Below, one piece after another: positions 29,927 to 39,243 of a stretch of DNA of 64,000 nt. The notes beneath the pieces were generated by a model, which was not told the DNA's origin, made no database searches, and saw only the letters and a list, made by a program, of their open reading frames with translations. Position 1 is the stretch's first letter. Every line of letters begins with the position of its first letter. Both the position numbers and the translations under genes were made by a program. Origin of the DNA: Spirochaetia bacterium (GTDB taxonomy: Bacteria; Spirochaetota; Spirochaetia; SZUA-6; Bin103); contig CBDBOV010000005.1 in assembly GCA_965208575.1 (NCBI GenBank), positions 768,001 to 832,000 on the forward strand. The letters are read 5' to 3'.

Positions 29927-30325
29927 CAGGCGCACGGCGGCGAGGGAGATGACCAGATCACCGGCGGCGCGGTCGGGCTCGACATCCTGGTCGGCGGCGA
30001 GGGCGACGACACCCTCGACGGCGGTGCCGGCACCAACATCCTGCACGGCGGCGAGGGCGACGATACGTTCGTCATCCAGCCGGGGCAGACCCTCACCACC
30101 ATCGTCGATTTCACCGACGGGGACGATCAGATCGACCTCAGCAGCATCTCCGGCATCACCGGGTTCGCCGACCTGACCATCACCGCGGACGGAGACGACG
30201 TGGTGATAAACCTCGCCGGCAAGGGCGCCGGCTCGGTGCGGCTCGAGAACCTCACCGTGTCGGCCCTGGACGCCGACGACTTCGTGTTCGCCCCGCCCGC
30301 CGCCGCGGCCGACGGCGGTATGTGA
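29927..30325 (+). pseudogene. RTX protein 2, 3' part carrying the secretion tail
   Basis: QAHGGEGDDQITGG...DFTDGDDQIDLS...DADDFVF, paralogous to the C-terminus of RTX1. Confidence 0.88.
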
Positions 30326-30370
30326 CCGGTCGCCGCCGGCGTACCTCACCGGCGGCTGACAATCAAGCCG

Positions 30371-32266
30371 ATGACCGAAAGCCGCAACGGCGACCGAGAA
30401 ATCCGGGCGGCGCTCGCCGAGAGCCGGCGGCTGTTCGTGGCGTGCGGCCTGTTCAGCTTTGCCGTGAACCTGCTGATGCTGACCGGGCCGCTGTTCATGC
30501 TGCAGATCTACGACCGGGTGCTGAGTTCGCGCTCGGAGGCGACGCTGGTGACGCTCGCGTGCCTGGTGGCGTTCCTGTTCCTGCTGATGGGAGTGCTCGA
30601 CCACGCCCGCGGGCGGGTGCTGGCCCGCGTCGGGGCGCGCCTGCAGGAGCGGCTCGATCCACGCGTGCTGCGTGCGATCCTGGTACGCTCGGTGGCGCCG
30701 GCCGAGCGCTCCCGGCCGGCGACCGCGCTGGCCGACCTGGAGGCGATTCTGCGATTCGCATCGAGTTCCGGTGCATTCACCTTCTTCGACGCGCCGTGGA
30801 CACCGGTATTCGTGATCGTGCTGTTCCTGTTTCACTGGCTGCTCGGCGTGGTGGCGGTGTTCTCGGGATGCCTGCTGCTGCTGATCGCGCTGGTCAACCA
30901 GGCGCGTACCGGGGCGCTGCAGCGGGAGGCCAGCGCCGCAACCGCCGAGTCTGCCCACTTCATCGAGCAGGCGCGTGCGGGCGGCGAGACCGTGCAGGGC
31001 CTGGGCATGCTGGGCGCGGTGCTGGCCCGCTCGCATACGCTGCGTCATCGCTTCCTGGACCGGACGCTGGCCGTATCGGACCGCAACGGGTTCTACGGCG
31101 TGCTCACCAGGACGCTGCGCCTGTTCCTGCAGTCGATGATGCTCGGGCTCGGCGCCTGGTTGGCGTTGCGCGGCGAGGTGACGCCCGGCGTCGTGATCGC
31201 CGGGTCGATCCTGCTCGGGCGGGCGCTGGCGCCGATCGACCAGGCGGTCGGCTACTGGCCGCGGCTGCAGCTCGCGGTGGTGGGCTGGCGCTCGCTGGGG
31301 CAGCTCCTCGACGAAACGCCGCCGGAGGCGGTGCGCACTTCGTTGCCGGCGCCGCGCGCGATCCTGGAGGCGCAGAGCGTCATGGTGGCGCCGCCGGGGG
31401 CGCGCTTCGCGGTGGTGCGGCAGGCGTCGCTGCGGCTCAACCCGGGGCAGGCGGCGGGCATCGCCGGCGTGTCGGCGTCCGGCAAGTCGACGTTCGCGCG
31501 CGCGCTCGCCGGCGTGTGGCGGCCGCTCGGCGGCTCGGTGCGCCTGGACGGCGCCGAGCTGGACCACTACGGCGCGGCGGAGGCGGGGCGTTACATCGGC
31601 TACCTGCCGCAGGAGGTGGTGCTGTTCGAGGGCACCGTGGCGGAGAACATCGCGCGCATGGCGCCCACGCCGGACGCTGCGGCGGTGGTGGAGGCGGCTC
31701 GGCAGACCGGCGCGCACGAGATGATTCTGAAGCTGCCCGGCGGTTACGACTTCGAGGTGGCGGCGGGCGGCGCCGCGCTGTCCGGCGGGCAGCGCCAGCG
31801 CATCGCGCTCGCGCGCGCGTTCTACGGCGCGCCGGTGGTGGTGATCATGGACGAACCCGATTCCAACCTGGACGCGGAGGGAACGCTGGCGCTGGCGCGC
31901 GCGGTGCGCGACCTGAAGGCGCGCGGCGGCGCGGCGCTGATCGTGGCGCACCGGCGAGGCGCCTTTGCCCAGTGCGACCGGGTGTACCTGATGGAGAACG
32001 GACGCCCGGTGCCGGCCAGAGTGCGCCGCCGCGCCGCGCCGCCGCGGCAACGACCGGCGGCGGGGGGTGCCGGCGCGCCGGCGCAACCGGCGGCTCGCCG
32101 CCCTGCCGCGGTGCGTTCGGGAGTGAGGACCGGACAGATCGCGCGCGCCATCGAGCGGGTGGTCGGCGCGCGCGCGCCGGCGGACGGGGACGACGGCGCC
32201 GAAGCGGTCGCCGCATCCGCGGCCGGCGAGGCCGCCGCGGCGCCCGCGCCGGGATCGGGGCGCTAG
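30371..32266 (+). CDS. Type I secretion system permease/ATPase (PrtD/AprD family)
   Basis: NLLMLTGPLFMLQIYDRVLSSRS, DAPW, Walker A GVSASGKST, LSGGQRQRIALARA, MDEPDSNLD. Confidence 0.95.
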   Translation: MTESRNGDREIRAALAESRRLFVACGLFSFAVNLLMLTGPLFMLQIYDRVLSSRSEATLVTLACLVAFLFLLMGVLDHARGRVLARVGARLQERLDPRVLRAILVRSVAPAERSRPATALADLEAILRFASSSGAFTFFDAPWTPVFVIVLFLFHWLLGVVAVFSGCLLLLIALVNQARTGALQREASAATAESAHFIEQARAGGETVQGLGMLGAVLARSHTLRHRFLDRTLAVSDRNGFYGVLTRTLRLFLQSMMLGLGAWLALRGEVTPGVVIAGSILLGRALAPIDQAVGYWPRLQLAVVGWRSLGQLLDETPPEAVRTSLPAPRAILEAQSVMVAPPGARFAVVRQASLRLNPGQAAGIAGVSASGKSTFARALAGVWRPLGGSVRLDGAELDHYGAAEAGRYIGYLPQEVVLFEGTVAENIARMAPTPDAAAVVEAARQTGAHEMILKLPGGYDFEVAAGGAALSGGQRQRIALARAFYGAPVVVIMDEPDSNLDAEGTLALARAVRDLKARGGAALIVAHRRGAFAQCDRVYLMENGRPVPARVRRRAAPPRQRPAAGGAGAPAQPAARRPAAVRSGVRTGQIARAIERVVGARAPADGDDGAEAVAASAAGEAAAAPAPGSGR

Positions 32267-32272
32267 CCGTCC

Positions 32273-33622
32273 GTGGCGACCGATCGACCGCCTTCTCAGT
32301 GGTCTTCGACCCGGGGCCCCCTTGCGCTCGGCTTCGGCGCGCTGGCGGTGCTGGTCGTGGGAGTGATCGGAGGGAGCGTGTTCACCACGATTTCCGGTGC
32401 GGTCATCGTGTCCGGCTGGGTGGCGAGCGAGAGCCGCAACCAGCGGGTGGAGCACATCGACGGCGGCACGGTGCGCGACGTCCTGGTGCGCGACGGCGAC
32501 GCGGTGGCGGCGGGGGCGGTGCTGCTGCGTCTCGACGACGTGCTGCCGCGCGCCGAGGAGGCGATCCTGCAGGCGCAGTACGCGGAACTGGTCGCGCAGC
32601 GCAACCGGCTGGAGGCGGAGTTCCGCGGCGCCGATGCGGTCGTCTGGGACGAGGAGCTGGCCGCCCTGAGCAGTTCCGCCCCGGAGGTGGCGGAGATCCT
32701 GTCCGGACAGGAGCGGTTGTTCCGGGCGCGTATCGATGCGCGCACCGGCGAGGTGGCGCAACTGCGCGAGCGGATCGGGCAGGCGCGGCAGGAGATCGCG
32801 GGGCTGCGCGCCCGGGTCGTGTCATTGGAGCAACAGAGCGCGTTGGTCGGCGAGGAACTGACGGCCAGGCGCCGGCTGTTCGAACGGGGGGCGCTGGACC
32901 GCGGCGCACTGCTTGCGCTGGAACGCACGGCCGAGAACCTGCGCGGACTGGTGGGTGCGAACGCGGCGGCGATTGCGCGCACGCGGGGACGAATCGCGGA
33001 GCACGAAATCCAGATTCTGCAGATCGACGCCGCGCGCATCGAGGAGGCGGAGGAGCGGGCGCGCGAGGTGCAGGCGAAGGAGAACGAGGTCCGGGAGCAG
33101 CTCGCGTCGGTGCGTGCGCGTCTGGGCCGACTGGAGGTGCGCGCCCCGGTGGCCGGCGAGGTGCTCGGCATGACGGTGTTCGCGGCGGGCGAGGTGGTGC
33201 GTCCGGGCGAGCGGATTCTGAGCATCGTCCCGGCGGGCGCCGAACTGGTGGCGGTGGCGCGGCTCGCTCCGATCCACGTGGACCAGGTGTATCCGGGGCA
33301 GGCGGCCACGCTGCGCTTCAGCGCATTTCCGGCGCGGACGACACCGGAGTTCGACGGCCGCGTGGAGCGAGTGTCGGCGGACGCGCTGCGCGATGCCGAG
33401 AGTGGCCGGTCGTGGTACCAAGTGGAGGTTTCGCTCGGCCAGCCCACCGGTGCCGGCTGGGCGGGCGGGGCGGGCGGGGCAGGCGCCGCGGAGACGGCCG
33501 ACCTGGCGCTTACCCCGGGCATGCCGGTGGAGATCCACGTTCAGACCGGAGACCGGTCGCCGGTCAGCTATCTCGCCAAGCCGCTGACCGACTACTTTCT
33601 CCGCTCGCTGCGGGAAGAATGA
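32273..33622 (+). CDS. HlyD family T1SS periplasmic adaptor (PrtE/AprE)
   Basis: TM, VEHIDGGTV, coiled coil, VRAPVAGEV, LTPGMPVEIHVQTGDRSPVSYLAKPL. Confidence 0.95.
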   Translation: MATDRPPSQWSSTRGPLALGFGALAVLVVGVIGGSVFTTISGAVIVSGWVASESRNQRVEHIDGGTVRDVLVRDGDAVAAGAVLLRLDDVLPRAEEAILQAQYAELVAQRNRLEAEFRGADAVVWDEELAALSSSAPEVAEILSGQERLFRARIDARTGEVAQLRERIGQARQEIAGLRARVVSLEQQSALVGEELTARRRLFERGALDRGALLALERTAENLRGLVGANAAAIARTRGRIAEHEIQILQIDAARIEEAEERAREVQAKENEVREQLASVRARLGRLEVRAPVAGEVLGMTVFAAGEVVRPGERILSIVPAGAELVAVARLAPIHVDQVYPGQAATLRFSAFPARTTPEFDGRVERVSADALRDAESGRSWYQVEVSLGQPTGAGWAGGAGGAGAAETADLALTPGMPVEIHVQTGDRSPVSYLAKPLTDYFLRSLREE

Positions 33623-33634
33623 CCGACGTGAACC

Positions 33635-34087
33635 ATGACAGAAGAGACACTGGAAGTATCGCTCGCCAACGAGCTGCGTGAGATCGCGGGCGTGGCGGCG
33701 CAGATCGACCGGTTCTGCGCCGCCCACGAGTTGACGGCGGGGGTGTCCTATGCGCTGAATCTGTCGATTGACGAGATCCTCACCAACACGATCAGTTACG
33801 GATACGAAGATGACGGGCCGCACCGGATCGAGGTGATCGTGAGCCTGGAGGAAGATGCGCTGACGGTGGTGATCGTGGACGACAGCATGCCGTTCGACCT
33901 GGGACTGGCGCCGGAACGCGACCTGGACCTTTCGCTCGAGGACACGGCGCTCGGCGGTCTCGGCCTGTACCTGGTGCACCAGATGATGGACAGCGTCGAC
34001 TACCGCCGCGAGGAGGGATGCAACGTCGTCACCCTGATCAAGAAGGTGCGCGGGGAAAGCGGGCAGGACGCCGAAACGGACGCCTGA
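33635..34087 (+). CDS. RsbW-like anti-sigma factor / Ser-Thr kinase (HATPase_c-like)
   Basis: LSIDEILTNTISYGY, IVDDSMPFD, GGLGLYLVHQMMD. Confidence 0.88.
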   Translation: MTEETLEVSLANELREIAGVAAQIDRFCAAHELTAGVSYALNLSIDEILTNTISYGYEDDGPHRIEVIVSLEEDALTVVIVDDSMPFDLGLAPERDLDLSLEDTALGGLGLYLVHQMMDSVDYRREEGCNVVTLIKKVRGESGQDAETDA

Positions 34088-34379
34088 CCGCAGTCGCGGC
34101 GGGGTGGGAACGCCGAAAGCGGTAGCCGTGGACCGAGAGTGATGAGGCGGCGTGCCGTCCCGGCAGATCGTGAGCATGGAAAAAATCGCGAAAAAACTGC
34201 GCGCACCCCTTGACGCGATTTTCGGGGCTCATGGTGGCTCGCTACGGCGCGCGGCGGTCCCTCCGATTGCCCCGGAACGACTTGGCCTCCGTTGCCGCGA
34301 CAGCGCCCCGTTGCGCGGCCTTCCGGACGCCGTTTCGCCGCTGTCGAGGACTCGGAAAAATCGGCTATTTTGAATCCCA

Positions 34380-34388
34380 TGGTATACT
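34380..34388 (+). promoter_or_regulatory. Extended -10 promoter, probable leaderless transcript of the HNH gene
   Basis: TG-G-TATACT ending 6 nt before ATG 34395; no Shine-Dalgarno sequence. Confidence 0.45.
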
Positions 34389-34394
34389 TACGAC

Positions 34395-35969
34395 ATGGAT
34401 GCCGTGCCGTCTCCCGCCCTCTGGTCCACTGTCGCCGCGCTGCCCGACTACCTCCTGCTGGCGCAGACCCGGCGGCTCGCCCGCCACGAACAGGCGCTGC
34501 AGATCCTGGTGCTCGACCACCTGCGCGAGATCGAGGCGCGCAGCCTCCACCTGACCCGCGGGTATGGCAGTCTGTTCGACTACGTCGTGCACGAACTGGG
34601 CTACACCGCGGCCGCCGCTTGGCGGCGCATCAAGGCGATGCGGCTGTGCACCGGGACCGGCGCTGCGCGTGAGCTGCTGCAGGACGGCTCGCTGAACCTG
34701 AGCAACGCGGCGCAACTGCAGAACCTGTTCGAGCGCAACGACCGCAGCCGGGGCCGCCCGCCGGTAAGTACCGGAGCAGGTGGCGCCGTGGGCGGTGCGC
34801 CACCGAGTGACGGCGCACCGGGCGAGCCGGGACCGGCGGCGCCGGCGCGCGGCGGCGAGCACGATCCGGCGCCACCGGCAGCCGGGCCGGTGCTGGACGC
34901 GGCGGCGCGGGAGAAGCTGGTCCGGCAGGCGGCGGGCAAGAGCACGCGCGAAGTGCAGCAGATGCTGGCCGAGGTGGACCCGGAGTTGGCGCAGCCGAGC
35001 GACCGGTTGCGCGCGCTCGGAGGCGGGCGCTGGGAGTTGAAGGCGGCGGTCGACGCGGAGTGCCGGCATGGGCTGGAGAAGCTGCTGATGCTGCTGTCGC
35101 ACACGGATCCGCACCTGACGCTGGGCGGGCTGGTGGCGCGGCTGGTGCGCGACGGCCTGGACCGCTACGACCCGGCTCGGCCACCGCGTGTGCGGCGTAC
35201 AGGCGGTGGCGGCTCGGTCGACGGCGCAGGATCCGCGAGCACGCCAGCGCGGCCTGCGGAAGTCGAGCATGGCGAAACGAACTCCACGGCGGTGCGGGAT
35301 ATTGTCCGCTGCTCCGATTCGGCGCCGAAGGAGTCCGCGCCGGTGGGGGGCAGAGAGGGGCACACCACTTCGCCGGCGAAGCGCCACTCGGTCACCGGGC
35401 GCGGCAACGCGTCACGGGCGGCGCCACCGAACAGCGGTGCGCACACCACTTCGCCAGCGAAGTGCCGATCCGAAGCCCAGCCCGGGCGCAGGTCGCACGC
35501 GGTGGCACGGAACGGCACCGGTCCGGCGGTTTCGGCGGCGAAGCGGGACACGGAGGCCGAGCGCGGCGGCCCGAAGTCCGCGCCGGTGCGGGACACGGTC
35601 CGGCGCTCGGAGTCGGCGGCGAAGCGGCTGGTGTACGCCGCCGGGCATGGCGCGGTGGGGCCGGCGGAGCGTTCGCCGGCAGTGGAGCGGCACCTTGCCG
35701 CGTTGCGCTGCTTGGGCGCGGTGCCGGGCTCCGGGTCGCGGTACATCCCGGTAGCGGTGAAGCGGGAGGTGTGGCGCCGCGACCAGGGTTGTTGCAGCTA
35801 TGTCGACCGCCGCAGCGGGCGGCGCTGCGGCTCCCGCTATCGGCTGGAGATCGACCACATCGTGCCGTTCGCGCTCGGCGGCGGCGCGGAACCGGCAAAT
35901 CTCAGGCTCCGTTGTGAAGCGCACCACAGGTTGCGCCATGCTCAGCGCCACGGCCACCCCGCGAGGTGA
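34395..35969 (+). CDS. HNH endonuclease with N-terminal helical (DUF222-like) domain and low-complexity linker
   Basis: HLREIEARSLHLTRGYGSLFDYVVHELGY; C-terminal VWRRDQGCC...C...LEIDHIVPFALGG...NLRLRCEAHH. Confidence 0.85.
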   Translation: MDAVPSPALWSTVAALPDYLLLAQTRRLARHEQALQILVLDHLREIEARSLHLTRGYGSLFDYVVHELGYTAAAAWRRIKAMRLCTGTGAARELLQDGSLNLSNAAQLQNLFERNDRSRGRPPVSTGAGGAVGGAPPSDGAPGEPGPAAPARGGEHDPAPPAAGPVLDAAAREKLVRQAAGKSTREVQQMLAEVDPELAQPSDRLRALGGGRWELKAAVDAECRHGLEKLLMLLSHTDPHLTLGGLVARLVRDGLDRYDPARPPRVRRTGGGGSVDGAGSASTPARPAEVEHGETNSTAVRDIVRCSDSAPKESAPVGGREGHTTSPAKRHSVTGRGNASRAAPPNSGAHTTSPAKCRSEAQPGRRSHAVARNGTGPAVSAAKRDTEAERGGPKSAPVRDTVRRSESAAKRLVYAAGHGAVGPAERSPAVERHLAALRCLGAVPGSGSRYIPVAVKREVWRRDQGCCSYVDRRSGRRCGSRYRLEIDHIVPFALGGGAEPANLRLRCEAHHRLRHAQRHGHPAR

Positions 35970-36015
35970 GCCGACTGAAGCCCGGCGCGCCCCGGTGTTC
36001 GCGGTCGATCCGAGC

Positions 36016-36129
36016 GGCGCGACCTGGGACGGCAGGCAGGTGGGCTCGACAGGCGATATAGGGTGCTTCAGCCTGCAGTCGAGCAAGCCGGTCTCGGGCA
36101 TTGAGGCCGGCGTCGCGACGACCGACGAC
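36016..36129 (+). pseudogene. Remnant of a DegT/DnrJ/EryC1/StrS aminotransferase gene
   Basis: GATWDGRQVGSTGDIGCFSLQSSKPVSGIEAGVATTDD resembles the PLP-lysine segment of that family; no start or remainder of the gene. Confidence 0.65.
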
Positions 36130-36399
36130 TCGGCCAAGGTACGCGGGCGGACCGTCGGATCGCAGGCGGCAATCGAGCGGGCTGAGGCGTGACCGCGCCG
36201 TCGTGGAAGCCTGCGCTCCGACTGCCGGCGGTCGGTGTAAGGCCGCTCCATCGCGTCGCCGATCCAGTTCGCCAGTCCCCGGATGTTCGCATCCGCGCCA
36301 TCGAGCGGGTAGACCATGCTGCAATGATCTGCGTACCGCTTTCCGCGTTCGCACCCCCGCGGCGGCCGGGTTGTGGTCTTGCCGTCGGGGCATGGTACG

Positions 36400-37578
36400 A
36401 TGATGGCCGCCGTGGAGGAGTGGAGCGTGGCGGGTGGAGCGCCGCCGTTTACCCGCCTGGTCGCGGGCCTGGACGCGGCCAATCCGTTTACCGGTCCCGA
36501 GGCGCTGGAGCGCACCACCGGCCATCGGTTCCGGGCCCGCGTCGGCGCCAACGAGAGCGCCTTCGGCATGTCGCCGCGCGCCCGGGCGGCGGCGGCCGGC
36601 GCCCTGGAGCGGCTGTCCTGGTACGGCGATCCCGAGAACCACGATCTGCGTGCCGATCTCGCCGCCCACCACGGGGTGGCAGCCGACCAGGTGCTGGTGG
36701 GCGCCGGCATCGACGACCTGCTCGCACTGGTGGTGCGCGCGTTCGCCGCCGATGGTGGACAGGCGGCGATGCCGCGCGGTTCCTACGCCACGTTCGCATA
36801 CCACGCCGCCACGTTCGGAGTGGCGCTCGCTACCGTGCCCTACCGCGCCGACGACCACGTGGACCTGGCCGCGCTCGCGGCGCAGGCGCGGGCGAGCGAG
36901 GCCGACCGCCGGCGCACCGCCCGGGGTACGGGCGGCGGCGGTGCGACCGTGGTGTACCTGGCAAATCCTGACAACCCCTCCGGCACGTGGCAGCCGGAAG
37001 CCGCCGTGCGCGGGTTTCTTGCGGAACTGCCGGCCACCTGCATCGTGGTGCTCGACGAGGCCTACGTGGACTACGCGCCGACCGCTCCCGCCCGCCAACT
37101 GCTCACCGGCGATGCGCGCGTGGTCACCATGCGCACGTTTTCCAAGGCGCACGGCATGGCGGGGGCGCGGGTTGCCTATGCGGTTGCCGACGCCCAGGTG
37201 TGCGCCGGCCTCGACCGCCTGCGCCTGCAATTCGGCGTGAGCCGTGTCGCGCAGGAGGCGGCGCGCGCCGCGCTCGCCGACCAGGCGTTCGTGGCGGGGG
37301 TGGCGCGGCGGGTCGCTGCCGGCCGCGATGCGTACCACGACCTCGGACGCGCGCTCGGCGTGCCGACCGTGCCGTCAGCGACCAACTTCGTGTGTTTCGA
37401 CCTCGGCAGCCGGCGGCGCGCGGACGCGGTGATGGCCGCCCTGATCGCGCGCGGCGTATTCGTACGCAAGCCGCCGGCGCCGCCGCTCGACCGCTGCATC
37501 CGCATCACCGTGGGCACCGAGGCCGAACGCGCCATCGTGGCGGCGGAACTGCACCGGATCCTGAACGAGCTGCCCTGA
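36400..37578 (+). CDS. PLP-dependent aminotransferase class I/II (HisC-like)
   Basis: GANES, YLANPDNPSG, LDEAY, RTFSKAHGMAGARVAY, RITVG. Confidence 0.9.
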   Translation: MMAAVEEWSVAGGAPPFTRLVAGLDAANPFTGPEALERTTGHRFRARVGANESAFGMSPRARAAAAGALERLSWYGDPENHDLRADLAAHHGVAADQVLVGAGIDDLLALVVRAFAADGGQAAMPRGSYATFAYHAATFGVALATVPYRADDHVDLAALAAQARASEADRRRTARGTGGGGATVVYLANPDNPSGTWQPEAAVRGFLAELPATCIVVLDEAYVDYAPTAPARQLLTGDARVVTMRTFSKAHGMAGARVAYAVADAQVCAGLDRLRLQFGVSRVAQEAARAALADQAFVAGVARRVAAGRDAYHDLGRALGVPTVPSATNFVCFDLGSRRRADAVMAALIARGVFVRKPPAPPLDRCIRITVGTEAERAIVAAELHRILNELP

Positions 37579-37656
37579 TCACCGCCGCGGGCCCGCCGGC
37601 TCAGTGCATGAGAATTAGGTCCGGTCTGTCACCCACCGAAATCCAATCTATGGCAC

Positions 37657-38799
37657 TTACTCGTCGTCCCGGATGAGGAACGACGTCGAGGAGAAATCAG
37701 TGTCGGGGTTGGGTTCATAGCCGCTGCCGTCATCGATTGTGACCGTCACCCTGACGCTTTCAGCTACTTCGGCGGTTGTCACTGAAAACTCTTTGTACGC
37801 GACGGTATGTGAAGAGGGAAACTCGGGAACCACCACCATGGTAGGAGGGCTTGAGAGGGGGGCTGTCGGGTTCCAAGTCAAGTTGACCGTAATGCTGGCC
37901 CCGGGATTCGGGGTCACGTTCAATCGGAACGTCGCTTTCTCACCTTCGGGCACGGGGGACCCAATTGCCCTGATGGTTGCCAGCGGCACCGAACTTGATG
38001 GCGGCGGCGCCGGCCCCACGCCTCCGGGAGAGGCCGTCCGGGCGACGTTGACGGTGGCCGAGGCTGACGAGCCCACCGTGTAGCCGCTGCCCGCTTCGAC
38101 GGTGACCGTGACCGAGCCGTCCTGCTCGCCGGTGCGGCGGTCGACGGTGGCGGCCGTGAGCGGGGCGGTGGGCGTGGAGGCGCGGATCGTGACCGCGCGC
38201 GACGGGGTTGAGGCCAGGAACGAACTCGGATCCGACCAGCTCACGCTGACCACCAAGTCGGACGCCGGCGGCGGTGACGCGGTCAGCGTGAACGACACCG
38301 GGGTGCCCTCGGTCACCGAAGCCGCGTCTGCCGCGACGGTCACCACCGGCTGCGCCGGGGTCAGGGTGACGCTGGCCGACGCGCCGTCCGCCGCACCGAC
38401 CTGGTAGCCGTCGCCGGGCTCGACCGTGGCAGTGACCGCGCAATCGCTCGCGGCTACCGCAACGCCGTCGGTCGGCACGGTCAGCGGAGCAGACGTCTTG
38501 CCGGCGCCGATCTTCACCGACTCCGACGACTTCGCCAGATCGCAGCCGGTGGACGCGATCGTGACCTTGACGGTCAGGTGCGTGCGCGGGGCGGGGTTCG
38601 CACTGACCCGGAACTGGAGCGGATTGCCCCCGGTTACGGAGTCCGCCACGGACTCGATGGTCACCACGACGGAATCTTGCGAGCCGGAAGTGGGAGAGCG
38701 ACTGCCGGAGGCGGTTGGCGTCACACCCTGATTGCACGCCGCGAGCGTCAGGAGAGAGAGGAGCAGACACAACGCGGCCGTGAACAGCCTCGACGACAT
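37657..38799 (-). CDS. Lipoprotein with tandem Calx-beta/Ig-like beta-sandwich repeats
   Basis: Lipobox LLTLAAC; three repeats of V.EG....F...A.P.P...L.V.V...V.I......A.LTV.T...G.GY. Confidence 0.65.
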   Translation of the reverse strand: MSSRLFTAALCLLLSLLTLAACNQGVTPTASGSRSPTSGSQDSVVVTIESVADSVTGGNPLQFRVSANPAPRTHLTVKVTIASTGCDLAKSSESVKIGAGKTSAPLTVPTDGVAVAASDCAVTATVEPGDGYQVGAADGASASVTLTPAQPVVTVAADAASVTEGTPVSFTLTASPPPASDLVVSVSWSDPSSFLASTPSRAVTIRASTPTAPLTAATVDRRTGEQDGSVTVTVEAGSGYTVGSSASATVNVARTASPGGVGPAPPPSSSVPLATIRAIGSPVPEGEKATFRLNVTPNPGASITVNLTWNPTAPLSSPPTMVVVPEFPSSHTVAYKEFSVTTAEVAESVRVTVTIDDGSGYEPNPDTDFSSTSFLIRDDE

Positions 38800-39243
38800 G
38801 CGTCGCTTCCGGGACCCGCGACGCCATCCTTTCAACTTCCAGCCTGCGATGGTGAGTGACTCGTCCATGGCTCGAAACTACACATGGACGGGATGCCGTG
38901 GCCATAATCTTTTCGTATCCATGTAGGTCAATCGAATGAAAGGATTTATTCGCGAAGAGATTGGCGAGAAAAGAGTGGTACCAAGTACGGCAAATGTGGA
39001 GGTTCCGTCAACGGAAGGGTAAACGGTTCAGGCGCTCGCGGGGATGGCGCAACCGGTGGCCGGTGGGTGGCCGGTGCGCGCGATGTGTACCACCAACCCG
39101 GATGCGCGCTCGGAGTACCGGCTATCGTCAGCGACCAGGTTCCCGTGTTCCGACCTCGGAGCCGGCTACGCCGGGTGCGGTTCCACCCCCGTGCCGAGCT
39201 CCGGGGCGTTGTGTGGCGCTGAGCCGGGTTCCTCGACGGGTTG

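Noticed and set aside
29168-30325. 385-aa plus-strand ORF ending in RTX repeats
   Set aside because: Chimera of the IS1634 antisense strand and the orphaned RTX2 3' end
39157-39203. 47-nt imperfect hairpin considered as an ncRNA (SRP, tRNA)
   Set aside because: No SRP or tRNA consensus; more simply a terminator-like or REP-like hairpin downstream of the methyltransferase gene
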